Source: Octopus vulgaris
Lineage: Eukaryota
DNA: 64,000 nt
Assembly: GCA_951406725.2 (NCBI GenBank)
Contig: OX597821.1
Coordinates: 5,332,001 to 5,396,000, forward strand
Direction: 5' to 3'
The stretch's first letter is position 1; every line of letters starts with the position of its first letter. The notes under the pieces are model-generated. The model saw only the letters and a program-made list of their open reading frames with translations. It ran no database searches and was not told the DNA's origin. This document shows positions 25,095-40,275 of the stretch, one piece after another. Position numbers and translations under genes: made by a program.

Positions 25095-26813
25095 GAAATC
25101 GTATAAAATAAAAATTGATTTGCAGTTTGTTCTTGGTCGTCCAAAGCTCTGTTGTACCATTGTCTTTATAACTGATTGCATTGTAAAGAGGGTTCAGTGA
25201 TGTAGAAGAAATCTATCCACACATACGAATCCATACACAGGAATTCTCGGATTCTCGAAGGGTTCAGGAAGTGGTCTTACTCGGTTAAATCTTCAATGGC
25301 ACCATGTATATAGATAATTGCTTGTTCCTCCCTTATCAAGCAGAATTAAGTAGAACAATAACACGCGTAAAAACATTGACTATCCCGAGTTTGTTTCTAA
25401 TATAATAAACCCAGAACTGCAATATTTCAAGCACACGCGACAATTTCAATTTTAAAATAATAAACGATGATTTAAGAGAGGTTTGGCTTCTATGACTTGC
25501 TGCTAATGCTAACAAGACGAGATACCGTTTATTTGCTACATCTTGATTAATGACAGACTGAAATCTTGAAACATTTCTTGGTTGAAATAAGAAACACCAA
25601 TCTATCACAAATAATTTACTTAGTTATTCGAGAACACGCAGTCACAACTGTCTTCCTAATAAGTAATTATCCTTACATTAGTATCTTAATAAAAGTACGT
25701 ATATTTATTTACATGTAATTTAAAATCATGTTATTTCATATCCTTTTTCTTCGGATAGACTTTTCATCTCTCTCCAGATACAAGCTTCCTATTCATTTTC
25801 AAATATATTTAATACTCAAAATAGTGACTTGTTCCTTTATGATGCAGTTCAATAACAGAACGTAATATCACACCAAACGCTCACAAAATATAAAGAAATG
25901 TCCGTGTGTGCGTCTGTGTATATGTCTGTCTGTTTGTCTGTATATACATGTACTCATCAATGTACGCTTTACATATGAACGTATGTATGTATTCCACGGA
26001 GCGACAAGTTCAAACGAAACCGTCCACTCAGAATTAAGAACTCAAACGTATGACTAAAAGAGAATAAAGTGTTTGATCCAAAATCATTAGTTCCAGAAAA
26101 TATATATTGACAAGTTAACAATTATGGATTTTGTGTGTGGTCGAGTATCATATGATATACACAGAGCTATAGTTAAATGCCCCAAATCCATATAAATACT
26201 GAATGCTAAAATAGATCATTAATTATGTCAACTGAGACACATCACACCACTGATACTTACAGTCGCGGTTTTAAGGGGAGAGAAAAAATAACGCCATTTT
26301 CTACACGCAAGAATTGAACATGCTTCCATTAAACTTAAACAAAAGAGAATAAAGCCTATGTTATATATCGTTTATTTCACTATATCGTAATCTATATGTA
26401 CTACGTTATCAAATTACCAAGATAAATTTTTCCAGTTATTAAATCTCTGACATTCTCACAATATATCCTTTGCTCTACGGTTGTTTACTATTAGGTTATC
26501 TGCAGTTATTGGATTGATATCGGAGATAAATATCTCCCAGTTATATGATATCTTGTTTGTAACATTTTATTAATTGATGCACTGGCTATTATTAGTTACA
26601 TAGCTAGCCATCTTGAATTAGTTTTTATTGATGCAGCTGTTGTTGCTATTGTTGTAGTTTTTAAAACGACGAGGTAGCAAAATCGTTAAGTCGCCGATAT
26701 ATATGTATATATATATATACATATATATGTATATATATATATATTGTCTGATGAACGGCAACGAGAAACTCAGAGTAACAGATTTTGTTGAATTTTCTGC
26801 TGCTTAAAATAAA

Positions 26814-26850
<37 letters not shown>

Positions 26851-27179
26851 TACATATATATAGAAAATAGTAAAAAGTGAAAAAACTACAGAAGGCTTGT
26901 TTTAAAAGGTTAAAAAATATATATTTGAGTCAATATGTCTGAAGAATATTATAAATTTTTTCCTTACAATGACATAGTTTAGAAGAAATGACCGGTTCCG
27001 CGTTCAGCTTTTCAAATTTCTTACATCGTTATGTTTACGTTGAGACGAGTTATCGTTATGTTTATGTTGAGAAGAGTTCTAGATAAGGGGAGGTAATAAG
27101 TGATTTCTTCCGGTGTAAGGGCGATAATCGTTTAAAATTTTTTGCCTTTCCTTTGGAGTGAATTTCTCTGTATAAGTAT

Positions 27180-27828
27180 GTTGGAATGGTTAAGTCTGGG
27201 CTTGTACTTTTCAATGAAGAATGTTTCCTTGTTTAGTCTAATTTGTGTTGGTGTTCCGATAGCACATTGGTAAAATGGAAAGATTTAAAATTGTGGTAGT
27301 AGTTGCTTTGCGCATTTCTCAATGTGCTCACTAAAAGGTATCATTCTGTATTCTGGGAATGCAATCTGCTGTCGATGCAGTGTGCATCTACGTCTGAGTG
27401 ATAGTCCCGTGGATCCCACGTAGTCTCGGTGGCAGCCCGAGCATTTTATGACATAAATTATGTTTTCAGAGGCACAAGTAAAATTAGATTTGATCTTGAA
27501 TTTCTGTCCCTCTTTGAAGAGGAATTCTGATCGTTCTAGCAGGTTTGGACATGTTGCACAGTTCGGTCTACCACATTTTTTTACTTTTGCATCGTAATTT
27601 CAGAAAACAATTTTGCTTTTGTGAGAATCTTCTTAAGTGATTTAGGTTGTTTGTAGCTTTTAATGATTTGGTGTATATTTAGAATTTCCTTTAATTTGGG
27701 GTCCTTATGAAGTATTGGTAAATTCTGGGTGATGATGGTGAAGGCTTCTTTCTTTTGGGGGTTGTATGTGGATATGTAAGGTAGTATTTTCGGGGAAGGT
27801 GTGTTGTTGTGTTGAACTTTTCTTAAAG

Positions 27829-27830
<2 letters not shown>
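27180..27830 (-). pseudogene. Penelope-like element (Neptune-type) Cys-linker and GIY-YIG endonuclease remnant
   Basis: LPYISTYNP...QPKSLKKILTKA, then after a frameshift CGRPNCATC...FTCASENIIYVIKCSGC..DYVGST...EHIEKC...ETFFIEKYKPRLN. Confidence 0.85.
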
Positions 27831-27914
<84 letters not shown>

Positions 27915-27919
<5 letters not shown>

Positions 27920-28110
27920 TGTCTGTTTGTCCCCCACCATCACTTCACAACCGATGTTGGTGTGTTTACATCCCCTAACTTGGCGGTTCGGCAAAAGAAA
28001 CTGATAGAATAAGTACTAGGTTTACAAAGAATCAGTCCTGGGGTTCACTTTTCGACTAAAGGCAGTGCTCCAGTATGGCCGCCGTCAAATGACTGAAACA
28101 AGTAAAACAG
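27915..28110 (+). mobile_element. SINE family A, 3' half
   Basis: GATAGAATAAGTACTAGG...GACTGAAACAAGTAAAA. Confidence 0.75.
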
Positions 28111-28599
28111 TATAAGAAAGAATAAATATTCGCTCGCAATACACACCACCTGCTCCCTTGAAATGCAGGAAATAGGAACCAATTCTCCCCCTGGATACAC
28201 CCTTCCATCTCAAGATATAAAGGAAAGAAACATTGGATTAAATAGTGTAGTGCTTGAAAATTAACAAAAAGACGGGACCATCTTATAATAATTGTTAGTC
28301 ATTCCGTTACTTAGCCCATCCGTAACGGTTCCACGTTTCCACGTGATTAATTGAAGGGGGATAATAGGAATGGAAGGATGGGTGCTGAGTGACAGAGGTT
28401 TCGGAGCGGGGAGGAGAGTGGGTTGGGGAGCTGAGGGAGAGGTTTGTGGTGAGTGAGATATGTAATCCTTTTAACTAGGTCTTTTTTCTTCAGTTACATA
28501 GCCCCTCTCTAATGCTTTCATGTGATTATTTGAGCGAAAGAAAACGGCAAGAGAAAAAGAGGATAAGGCGAAGAGTGAGAGAGAACGAGGGAGAGTGTT

Positions 28600-28990
28600 C
28601 TCTTTTACTCTTTTACTGTTTTACTTGTTTCAGTAATTTGACTGCGGCCATGAGGGAGTACCACCTTTAGTCGAGCAAATCGACCCCCAGGACTTTGTAA
28701 GCCTAGTACTTATTCTATCGGTCTCTTTTGCCGAACTGCTAAGATACGGAGACGTAAACACACCAGCATCGGTTGTCAAGCGATGTTGGGGTGTGGGGCA
28801 AATACAGACACACAAACATATACACACACACACATTATATTCGATGGGCTTCTTTCAGTTTTCATCTACCAAATCCACTCACAAGGCTTTGGTCGGCCCG
28901 AGGCTATAATAGAAGACACTTGCCCAGGGTGCCACGCAGTGGGACTGAACCCGGAACAATTTGGTTTGTAAGCAAGCTACTTACCACACA
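28600..28990 (-). mobile_element. SINE family A, near full length
   Basis: Reverse-complement match to 52825-53226. Confidence 0.85.
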
Positions 28991-29857
28991 TCCAATGTCT
29001 ATAAAATTATGCATAAATATATAAAGTGCATCGAATTCCAATTTCCTTCACTTTTCAATGATTAGCACATGAGCGACTATCATTTGATTTTGACTCTACA
29101 CGGACTTCGCTTTCAGGTTTCGGGATAAAATTTTCAGAAATAAACCAGTAAGTTCACCATTATTTCCGTGAAATATTCACAGGTTCCGCTAGTATTTAAA
29201 ATTCTACCCGACCAGTGCTGATCTGTAGTTGATCAAGAACGATAATAAGTATGACAACGACTTCGATCCATTGAATATATCTCCTTGTGTTGTTTTATTT
29301 CCCGTGTAAAGAAATCAACCAGGCGATGGATGCTGTCCCTTATTCTCATAATGAAATCAGCCACGACGTAGGATTCTCGTAGAAAGGTGACGTGGTCATT
29401 GTAGCTTAAGTAAATTACTTCGCCGAGACAGTGAAACCATGTTACGATTTGCATCAGGCTACTAACAGTCTTAATGAGCTTGTATCAGGTATTAATGTTT
29501 AGAGAGACAGACAGAGAAAGAGCGGGTGAGGGTGGCAGAAAGAGTGTGAAAAAAATTAGATAAATAGAAAGAGAGAGAGAGAGAATGCGTGAGACTGTGA
29601 AGAGAGAGAAAGCGTTGAAGACGATGTAGAGAGAGGGAGGAATCAAAGAGGAAGAAAGGAATGAAGAAAGTGAAAGAGAAAAGGAGACTATGACTGAGAC
29701 AGACGTTCTAATGACACTGAGAGAAAGAGAGGGGGAAGAGGGGAGTGTTCATCGGATATAATCTAAAGAGACAGAAAGAAATATGTAGAGAAAGACACAA
29801 ATCATACATATACATATATATATGTGTGTGCGTGTGAGTGTGTGTGTGTGCGTGTGC

Positions 29858-29893
<36 letters not shown>

Positions 29894-29900
29894 GCACACG

Positions 29901-29935
<35 letters not shown>

Positions 29936-31469
29936 TAATATTAACATGAACACAGAGTATGAGAGAGGGCGACACGAATATAAATTTACAGACAGAAAGA
30001 AAGAGACAGAGAGATAGAGAGTGAGGGAGAGAAAGAGAAATCGCCATCTAGAGAGAAAAAAAGTTATTTTCCATCTCAAGCTCAACTAGAAAAATCTTAA
30101 TGGTGATCTGCTTAGTGAAGCAAGTCTATAATAAATCATGGCGAATCAATGACCCGTGACAACTAAAGTCGGATTAAAACTCGCAAGTGTTATTGACTTT
30201 CTTGACAGAGGTAGGAATATGTAATCTCATAGAAGCGAGATATTTGGGAAAAAAATATCACAAAAAAAAATTCAGAATTTCAAAGAAACACACAAAAAAT
30301 TAAAAAAGAAAAACAGAAATAAATAAATTAAAGAAATGGTGATTAATAAATAGGCCAACTTTTTTTTTCTGTCTTCAGGCAATTGTAACTGGTGTCTTGA
30401 ACGAGTTCAAAAATTTTAAGAATAAGATATCAGATACAATGTGATTAGAATAATTGTTCCTAACACCTGAATTTTTACATTTTTGTTTTTAAATTTATGT
30501 CTTTCAAGAAGAGTATTAAGGTAATGTGGGGTGGGGGAAGAAAATCTATGTAAAAGCGAATGAAAATAGGGATGCTGTTGTTTTACTCTAAGTCATCCCT
30601 CATATATCAACTTTATAATCAAAGGCAGTGAAGCACTGGCTGCAACCCGCATCCCTGCTTTGAGATACCGTGTTTTCCCAGGAAAACTATCTAATGCGTC
30701 CATCCTTTAACGTTTTTCTTCCTTAAGAATGTGGGTTATGGTTTGAATAATACCTTGATTACTGATAATTGCAACCCTAGCAACCACATAGATTTTTCAC
30801 TCATTGTCCTTTTCTCTCACGTTCTTCCTTCCTTGTATTCTCAAGTCTATAAACGATACAATATGATTCATTTACGTGTGTATATCGAAAGAAAATACAA
30901 ACGGTTTTATCGTTAATTTCATTTCGAAATTTTAGTTAGTAAATTCTTGTTCACTACAGACAATTATGAATGCGAGAGAGAGAGAGAAGATATTCGATTG
31001 CTGGCACAAAATGTGATAAAGAAGTGCAATTGTCCATACGAACTCTTTTACCTTTCCTACCATAAGGTGATATAAAATTGATAAACGCGTGCGATTGTTC
31101 TTTGTATCTAGTAAATTTTAACTAATTTATCTTTGGATATACTCCTGAGTAAAGTTTAATATGAAAATAAATATTTCTGCCACAGTAGTAATTTGCTTTT
31201 TAACATATCGATCCGGGTCAATCAAAGCACTGTGACTCAATATAATCAGTGAAATCCTCTTCCCAAGTCTTTGATCCTGTGTTGGACACATTTGTTGTTG
31301 TTAGTAGTATAATTAATAGTAACACATGGTGCTGTAATATGGTACCACATTCGGTATCTTTAGCAGGGTTGACTCTCTTGCAAGAATTCCCGGTGTTTGG
31401 GTTGGGACAGCTGTCACTCTCCATTTAATCCTGGAAATCCCGTGAAGGGTCACGATCACTTCTGATCTC

Positions 31470-31846
31470 TCTTTACTCGTTTACTCTTTTACTTGTTGCA
31501 GTCAATTGACTGTGGCCATGCTGGAGCACCACCTTTAGTCGAGCAAATCGACCCCAGGACTAATTCTTTGTAAGCCTAGTACTTATTCTATCGGTCTATT
31601 TTGCCGAAACGCTAAGTTACAGGGACGTAAACACACCAGCATCGGTTGTCAAGCGATGTTGGGGGATAAACACAGACACACAAACATATACACACACATA
31701 CATATACTTATATGCATGTATGCGACGGGCTTCTTTCAGTTTCCGTCTGCCAAATCCACTCACAAGGCTTTGGTCGGCCCGAGGCTATAGTAGAAGACAC
31801 TTGTCCAAAGTGCCACGCAGTGGGACTGAACCCAGAACCATGTGGA
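31470..31846 (-). mobile_element. SINE family A
   Basis: High similarity to 28600-28990. Confidence 0.85.
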
Positions 31847-32239
31847 AAACAGTTAAAACAAAGTCTGTTAGTTTGAAATACAAATTGCAATGATTGGATA
31901 CTATGACGGTTTACAATAATCTTCAATTGCTTAAAATTCTAATCTCGCCAATTAACATTAGCTGCAACTGTGATTGTGTAATGTGGTTTTGCCCCAAGCC
32001 TATTCTAATTTAAGGAAAAAATCTCTTATCATAGTAGTACCATCGTGGGTATTCAATTTCTTGATTCATTCAAGAATAATCAATCCGTTATCCAACACGT
32101 CCTCCTTTTTATGAGAGTAGCGAGTGATTTAAAGAAAGATTTTGCCGCAATCTTTAAAAATCTGACCGACACGCTCAGGCTTTGCCATTATTGGCAGTGC
32201 TAGTTTGTTGTGGCTACCCCTAATACACGTATTGTCCAT

Positions 32240-32510
32240 CGGAGAGAAAATAAAAGAAGGCCTCAGCTTGAGCTGACATTACTCGGCCATTCCATTCCTC
32301 TTTTATGTCACCAACTGGTTGGTTCGCCCTGGACGATCTGTCTACTGACATGTCCGTGAAACCAGAGGAAATAGCCTATAAATGCGGAGACGTAGCGGCT
32401 CCATCTGTTCAGATTTTCTGATCTCCGAGCTATATATTATACAGAGTAAGGTTACCCCAGAGACCCTTCGGAGGAAATCCATTTCGGCCACTTGTTTTTG
32501 AACCGTTGGT
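32240..32510 (-). pseudogene. RTE-clade LINE ORF C-terminal remnant
   Basis: VAEMDFLRRVSGVTLL...SSEIRK...MEPLRLRI resembles the RTE C-terminal motif (AEMxFLRRVAG..SSxIR..VEPLLLRI). Confidence 0.7.
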
Positions 32511-33386
32511 TTAGTATAATACGCAGTCATCGAATTAGCAAAAGAAATTTAAGGGGAGATTTAAATAGCCTTAATAAATTTTAATATCCTTACACAAAAT
32601 GCAAGTAGGCAATATTTAAAATAATTCAATATGGTCTCTCTGAAGGAGAAGAACTGAATAGACAAGTAAGATAAGATGGTACCCCAGTTTAGCCGCAGTC
32701 CAACAACTGATACAGTAATATGGTAAATCGAGAGAAATTTTCAAGGCAAGACTGGCCGTGGTCGTACGAATGAAACTGCAAGAGTAAAACACAGAAACTT
32801 AGATGGCTGTGCCCAAGTATGACCGCATCCCAGAGACTAGTATATTGTATTTACAGTTTTCTTTTTTGCGGTCCAATTAAAAGAGATGGCGTTGATATAT
32901 TGTGAATAATTTACTAGCTTGAATACGAAGAGAGCGAAAGAGACGGAAAGAAAATTGATAAAGACAAAGATAAACGTGGAATGATTGTGTCATTTCAGAT
33001 AGAGAAAAAGGCAGAAGATAATTTATGTAGAAATTTAGTTCGCTCTCTCGATTCTAGATCGATGTTATTTGAATGTGCAAACAAAATTAATTGTGACTGT
33101 TTTTAAAGAGTTTATCACACTATAGCAAGGTTGTTATCATCTGGCGAATTATCAGCTATTAATACACAATAAAAACATCTGTAACTTCATTTCGCTTCGC
33201 CTTTAAAGGCAGAATTATCCGGGTTGTTGTTTCGCCTTTAATGTTTATGTACACAGCCAAAATAATTATATTCAATATATATAAAATGTTCTCTTTAAAT
33301 ATTCCCTCCTTATTCACTCATATATACACACATACATATGAGTATGGATATAGGCATATAAATATATATATATATATATATATAAT

Positions 33387-33430
<44 letters not shown>

Positions 33431-33472
33431 AACATATGCCTATATGTATATATATATATATATAAACATATG

Positions 33473-33512
<40 letters not shown>

Positions 33513-34156
33513 TAAACACACATATATATATAGAATGTGATAAAGTAGATGAAAGACGTATTAAGTGTACTCTTTAAAGAATTCTTGGTTAATGATAAAT
33601 AAAGAACATGACAGATTATAATCAATAGGAAATAAATAGATATAATTATTTTTGTTTTTATATTTTTATCCTTTGGCTTTGATTTTTCTGGTTTTTTGCA
33701 TTTTCTATATTCTGTTTTCCTGTTTTGTTTTTGTTTTTGTTTTTTTTTGTTTTGTTTTGTTTGTTTTTTTTTTGTATGGCGAAGTTAAAGGAAGGAGAGT
33801 TACAATGCCAATAACCTTTAATCAGCTCTCGCTGATAAAAATCTGGCTCTGACACCGGAAGCCATTCGACATAATTCGAAAACTCAAAATGATCTCTCGA
33901 AGCTGAACGAGTGTGTGGAGGACGGTTTCAACATTGGTTTTGCTTGTTCTGGACGTCAGACTGACAGCATATCAGATGATATTTATTCCTAAATAGCGAC
34001 GTGTTGTTTTTGTGAACAGTCTCCAATGTTTCTGTTTTATATATTAAACAAAGACATTTGTATAATACTTCTCTACACTTACATTGTAACATCAACGTTT
34101 CGATTTTCGCCAGTAACGTCATCACGATAAAATCATCGAAAATGATACTTTCGCTT

Positions 34157-34222
34157 AGATAGACAGATAGATAGATAGATGGATAGACAGATAGATAGAC
34201 AGATAGATAGATAGATAGATAG

Positions 34223-34277
<55 letters not shown>

Positions 34278-34282
34278 GGATG

Positions 34283-34327
<45 letters not shown>

Positions 34328-34328
34328 G

Positions 34329-34401
<73 letters not shown>

Positions 34402-34402
34402 G

Positions 34403-34461
<59 letters not shown>
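34157..34461. repeat. (GATA)n microsatellite
   Basis: Directly visible. Confidence 0.97.
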
Positions 34462-34795
34462 GACGAGAGAGAAATAGAGAGACTAACAGAGAGGAGAGAG
34501 AAAGATACTGTATATATGAATATATGCGTGCAAGCTTCCTTATACCAAAAACAGCAGGAAACTAACGAAAGTGTTTAAGTAACTCCTGTTCTTTTATCAT
34601 TCATTTATATAACATCATTTATATGATATGATGCTGTCTAATGATCTGCTTCCTATAAGTGTACGGAGCGGAGTACGTTAGACGATTCATGCCTTCTGCC
34701 TGTATGAACCCACCAATACTGTAAAGTATAAGTATATTCATCTCAAGCAACCGGCTGTCAGTACTATTCTAGCCAAGAGAATAACACACACACAT

Positions 34796-34858
<63 letters not shown>

Positions 34859-35026
34859 TAAATTAGAGATAAGACCACTCTTAGGCAAATCAAACAGGGA
34901 AACATATAACATACATAAAATTAATTTAAAAATATAAAAGTTAAAAATTAAAAAAATATTTAAATAATTTAAACTTATAAATTTTAAATATATATATACA
35001 AATATATATATATATATATGTATGTA

Positions 35027-35071
<45 letters not shown>

Positions 35072-35499
35072 GTGCGTGTGTGTGTATGTGCATGTGCGTG
35101 TGTGTATGTGGATGTATCTAAGTGTGTCTGTGTTTCCGGATTATTGCCGTATCTTTAGGTTTTTTTAGTTTGTCTTTGTTGTATTGCACATTCGATTGCT
35201 TTCTCCCAAAATATTTAATACTCTTATCTTAGATATTGGGGCCAGCTAAATTTGAACAGTTTCAAGTGTAACCGGCCGAAACTGTGGGGATGTTCTGGAA
35301 ACTTGGCTGAGGAGAGAAGGCCACGAATAACCTCTCCTTGTTTTGACCTGACCGTCTTTTTGCTGTATTTTCTGTCCGTCTTTATATCGACTATCTGTCC
35401 GGATGCATTTTTTTTGTCATCTGTTGCGTTCTTGTTCCATTTTGGAGATTTATATATACATATAGCGGCGTAAGTATACTTTTGCTCACCTTGTAAGTA

Positions 35500-35550
<51 letters not shown>

Positions 35551-35732
35551 TTATTTCTAATTCTCCCTAAAGGAGACTACGGCAGCGGAACTGGATATTA
35601 ATAGTTATCGCCAAGCTAGCATGGCAGTCCAGAAAAATAGGATGAATGCTGCCGTTGATTAGCTCCAAGAGGCCATCGCCTCTAGCTAACTATGTAACAC
35701 ACAAACCTGTGTCCATTATAACCTTCGAACAG

Positions 35733-35821
<89 letters not shown>

Positions 35822-36381
35822 CAAGATATAAGAGAAACGAGGTGAGAGAATATGTGTATTACATTCGTTTCATAATCTTATTATTATATATATAACAGAT
35901 ATGACATCATTTGCAACATATAGTACATATACTTTAATGTACGAGGGTCAGCTGAAAAGTTCATAGGTTGACCGAGACACTTTCAAGGAATGAGACCAAA
36001 TGAGCCTAATTTTGCTAAAATAAACTCCCGTGCGATCCACACACTTCCTTCGTGTTTCGATCCCATTGATGAAATTTTTCGTCCTGGTGGTCAAAAACGT
36101 TTTAAATATATACCAACAGCATATACATAACAGTCTAATCTACCGAAAGATTCAAGGTAGTTCAAAATATCAAAACTACCAGGGGCGTATATTCCGGGTA
36201 TTCTATGTGTGTGCTGTACACCCATGGAAAATGGCAAATTCATTAAAAATGTTAACCTTTCACATTAAATTATTGAAAAATCTTAATGAATGTCTTTTAT
36301 TATACTCCTGCTTGAAATTTGGTGGCATTGGGTGTTACAGCACACACAATGCAACAACCACAACACACCACTGAAAACAAC

Positions 36382-36463
<82 letters not shown>

Positions 36464-36468
36464 AATTA

Positions 36469-37304
36469 TCTCTCTATATATAAACGGCAGTTTGTCTCTG
36501 TGTCTCTGTGTCTGTCAGGTTGTACCCTCACCCTGACCACGGCTTTCAACCGATTATGATGAAACTTCACACACACATAGCCCAATGTCATAATTCAAAA
36601 CTAACGCAGCGAAAATTTTAAAAAGTTCCCTCAGTTCTGAAAAAAATTGATAAATTCGACATAAGGTCGAGAATCTAAGCTTCTTATATGCAACACATTT
36701 TCTGTTGTAGTTTTCGCAACTTGCAATCGATTTTCACCAAACTCATGGTGAAGCTTAATGTTACCCTAAGAAACTTAATTCTGACGTTAGTTTTCCATGC
36801 AATACCTTACCATCAGAAAAAAATCGATAAAATCATGCCATTTTGGGAAATCGCGTTCAAATTCAAGATGACATATTTTCGACAATATCTTTCACAAATT
36901 GGCAGGAATTTTTTTTTTAATTCACAGCGAGCATCATGTCTGCTCCAAGGAGCTATATTGTCCTTTTCATTCCAATAGGATACTTTATTACTGGAAAAAA
37001 TCGGTTAATTAAATCATATGTGGCACACATAGCAAACCGATTTGTGTATTAAACACAAACCACAGACTGTCTAGGGGACGCAACGCGGCCTTTTTAACTC
37101 TCTTCTGAGGCGCAATGATGTTTTCATGTTTTCGCCCAAATGGACAGCTAGGAACATCGTATACACAGAAGTATTCGAGTGAAGAGAAGACATTGCAACC
37201 TACACATGCGCCTTCGTTCCCTAGGGGGAAAGGACTAGATTGGGATTAGTCATTGCCTACTAGGGGCTCTTACATACCAGGGCAACGCCGGGCTATGCTG
37301 CTAG
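36469..37304 (+). mobile_element. Non-autonomous Helitron
   Basis: 5' TCTCTCTATATATAAA after an A; 3' GC-rich hairpin-like GGGCAACGCCGGG then CTAG followed by T; internal RNIVYTEVFE* resembles a Helitron helicase C-terminus. Confidence 0.75.
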
Positions 37305-38393
37305 TTATATATAAAAGAATTAAACTAAAAATTTGGTTTTGTATCTTATTCATATATAAAATACTACAATTAGCCGTCATTTTTTACGTCACGGGACCAG
37401 CGTGTATGATAATAATAAATAGCTCTTTCAAGGCGATGTGTTTGCAGAATCGTTACCACGGCGAGCAAAATGCTTAGCGGCATTTCGTCCGTCCTTACAA
37501 AGTTTTGAGTTCCAATTCCACCGAGGTCGACTTTGCCCTTCATCCTGTCACGTTTGATGAAATGAAACGCATTCAATGTAATCAACTATCATACGCGGTC
37601 GAAATCGCTGGCCTTGGGCCAAAATTTGAAACCAATATAGAGCTCTATTGTAAGTACACTCCTCATTCCTTCTTGTTTACCTTCATTATTTTCCACACTC
37701 ACATACATGTATATAGTATATATGTATATATATATATATTCGTATAATATTCATCATATCTGTGTACATATGCGTGTATGCATTCATATATAACACAGTA
37801 TACTTACTCAGGTGAAGCTGATTGTTCACTCCACCTCAACACCGAGTTTCCGCTCCCGTATGTGCATTTATGTGTGCGCAAACGCTTAACCACTAATAGT
37901 ACAGAATTTGCCCAGCGCACGTATTGGCAACATACACAGTAGCATATTTGTCTCCTCTTCATGTTTATAATTTATTTCATTAGAAATATTATATAAAAAA
38001 GGAATTACTGTTTCGCTGCATCATAAAATGCTTAGTTACCGCATAACAACAAAATTAATATAACATAATAAAATGCTATATCGCCAGAGCAACTCACTCT
38101 ATCTCTCTATCTACGAAATTTAGCTCTATATTCCTCTCTTTTCTTATGTTAGGGACTTCTCCATAATCTTCGCCTGCGTAAGCTACATTATTCTGGTCTC
38201 TAGAGGAATACTAATAAATAATATTAATTTATTTCGTTCATATTACGAAGTTGAAAGGTTTACACATTTTATTTTTCTTTTGGCATTTATCGGAAAGAAA
38301 TTAAAATAGTTATAGTAGTCTGGTGAGAGACAGAAAAATTATAAGATTTAATAAGGGAGTCTGTGCGCGCTCAGTGGTGGGTGTCATAAGTTT

Positions 38394-38451
<58 letters not shown>

Positions 38452-38807
38452 CGTATGTGTGTGCCTGTGATTGTTTGTGTATGTATGTGTGTCAAGAATG
38501 AAGAAATATATTGTTTACTTTTATAATATCTGAAACTGCGTAACTAAGTTTCTGATTTTCAAATGAGTAATTTTAATATTGTATTCAAACCTAAGAGAAT
38601 GCTTACTGAATATCGATAGCCGAAATAGTTGTCTGATTGAGCAGATCTAAGCTTGAGGCTGAAAAGGCAAAAATGAAGATATCCTCTACAGACAGCTCCC
38701 AAATATCACACTTTATAACCTTGCATCAAAAGAAATGAAAATGCTATATCCAAAAATAAAAATTCTCAAAAAATATGAACTGGGTTAGGGCTGGGAGAGA
38801 ACAGTTC

Positions 38808-39295
38808 ACTCAAAGTAGCCGCCCTCTGTTATCTACACGGCCGCGATGAGTCGGCTCCGAAACCTGGCGCATCTGTTCCTTTTCATGTCGTCGAAAACAT
38901 CTTCGAATGCCTTCATCTTGGCCACCAGCTCGGCCTTGCTGTTGCAGGCAGAGTGTTTGGGTATCATTCTCAACTGCGCCCCATACTTAGTAATCGATAA
39001 GATTACAATTGGAAAAATTCGAAGGCCAGAAATTGAGGCTGATGAAGTCATAGAAATTCTTCGATAACCACTTCTGACTCTTTTCAGAGATATGGCAAGG
39101 AGATGAATCTTGCCGCCCCATATATGACCTTCCAGCAGACATCCTCTCCAGGCAGGGATTGATCACAGTGTCTAGCAGCTTCACACAGCTGCTCGACACT
39201 ATGACTAAGTCCCTGTTCATAGATGTGGTGTTGTTATCTGAAATGAAAACACACCCTAAGACTATCAAATTCGGGGGGAACTTAGATTTCATGAT
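38808..39295 (-). pseudogene. Tc1/mariner transposase remnant, DD37D (maT-like) spacing
   Basis: QDSSPCH...WPSNFSNCNLIDY*VWG with 37 residues between the last two Asp; C-terminal CARFRSRLIAAV..EGGYFE. Confidence 0.8.
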
Positions 39296-40275
39296 ACGTG
39301 GAGCATCATCTTAATATCTTTACAGTGTTTATAGAGAATTGAGCAAGCAGGTCGTGATGTCGGCATTTTGATACCTAGTGCGAATCATTATCATACAGGT
39401 AACTCATTTCTATTATTCTGATGGCTTCCAATCCTCCATATCAGCTAACTTTTCCTCAGTTACAGTTTCGATCTTTCTTTCTCCGACGCTGTTCAAATTA
39501 AGCTGTCCCAGTAAAGAGAGGAGATATAAACATCGTCACATTTAGCCCGAACAGACCGTAGTATGCCAGTATCTTAACTTTCGAAACAGTTTTAAAGAAG
39601 TAAAACTTGAATTGAAGGGGATTTGGTTGATCTTTCTAGCATATCAAAACGACCGTATAGAGGCCTCTTCTTTTCCTTTCATATACAGAAGCTTTTGTAG
39701 GAAGATTTTACAAACATCCATATTCTTATTTGATTAGTACCTGGAGAAGGATCCATATATCACGTTAAAAAGACAATCAGCAGATAAAATAAACAGATAT
39801 ATCTACTCTAATTCGCTAATTCATTTATTTAACAATCTTAATCTAATTTAGTTATTGTATATTTTATCTCACCTCTATTTAGTTGAGAATGACTTTAAAA
39901 TCTAATTACATCTTTCTTTCAAATTATTCTCCAGAAGCATATGAAAGTAAGTTCATCTGTTTTTAAACTTACGGTAGTTCTTGTTTTTGTTTTTAATTGT
40001 TTAAATATATTTTCGTTAAAATTAATATACGAAATTTTCTAAATGCGAAATTTTCTATATTTGAAAATATTTCTAGACATTTTTTCTAAAGGAAAAAAAA
40101 ATGTAATTTTAGAATTTTTGATAATAAAAATATTATATGTCACATAGCTGAAATTTTTTTTTTAAAAACCAAGTATGGTTTCTTTTAAAATTAGATTTAT
40201 AGAAATGGTATGTGCCCTCTGTAGCAATTTTCTCTGAATATTCACTTTCTGTTTTCTTTACAAATATATTTACAG

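Noticed and set aside
29233-29454. 73-aa non-repetitive minus-strand ORF
   Set aside because: No recognisable motif and no convincing splice context.
35941-35975. Mariner-like TIR start (TA-CGAGGGTCAGCTGAAAAGTTC)
   Set aside because: No partner TIR found, so the element cannot be delimited.
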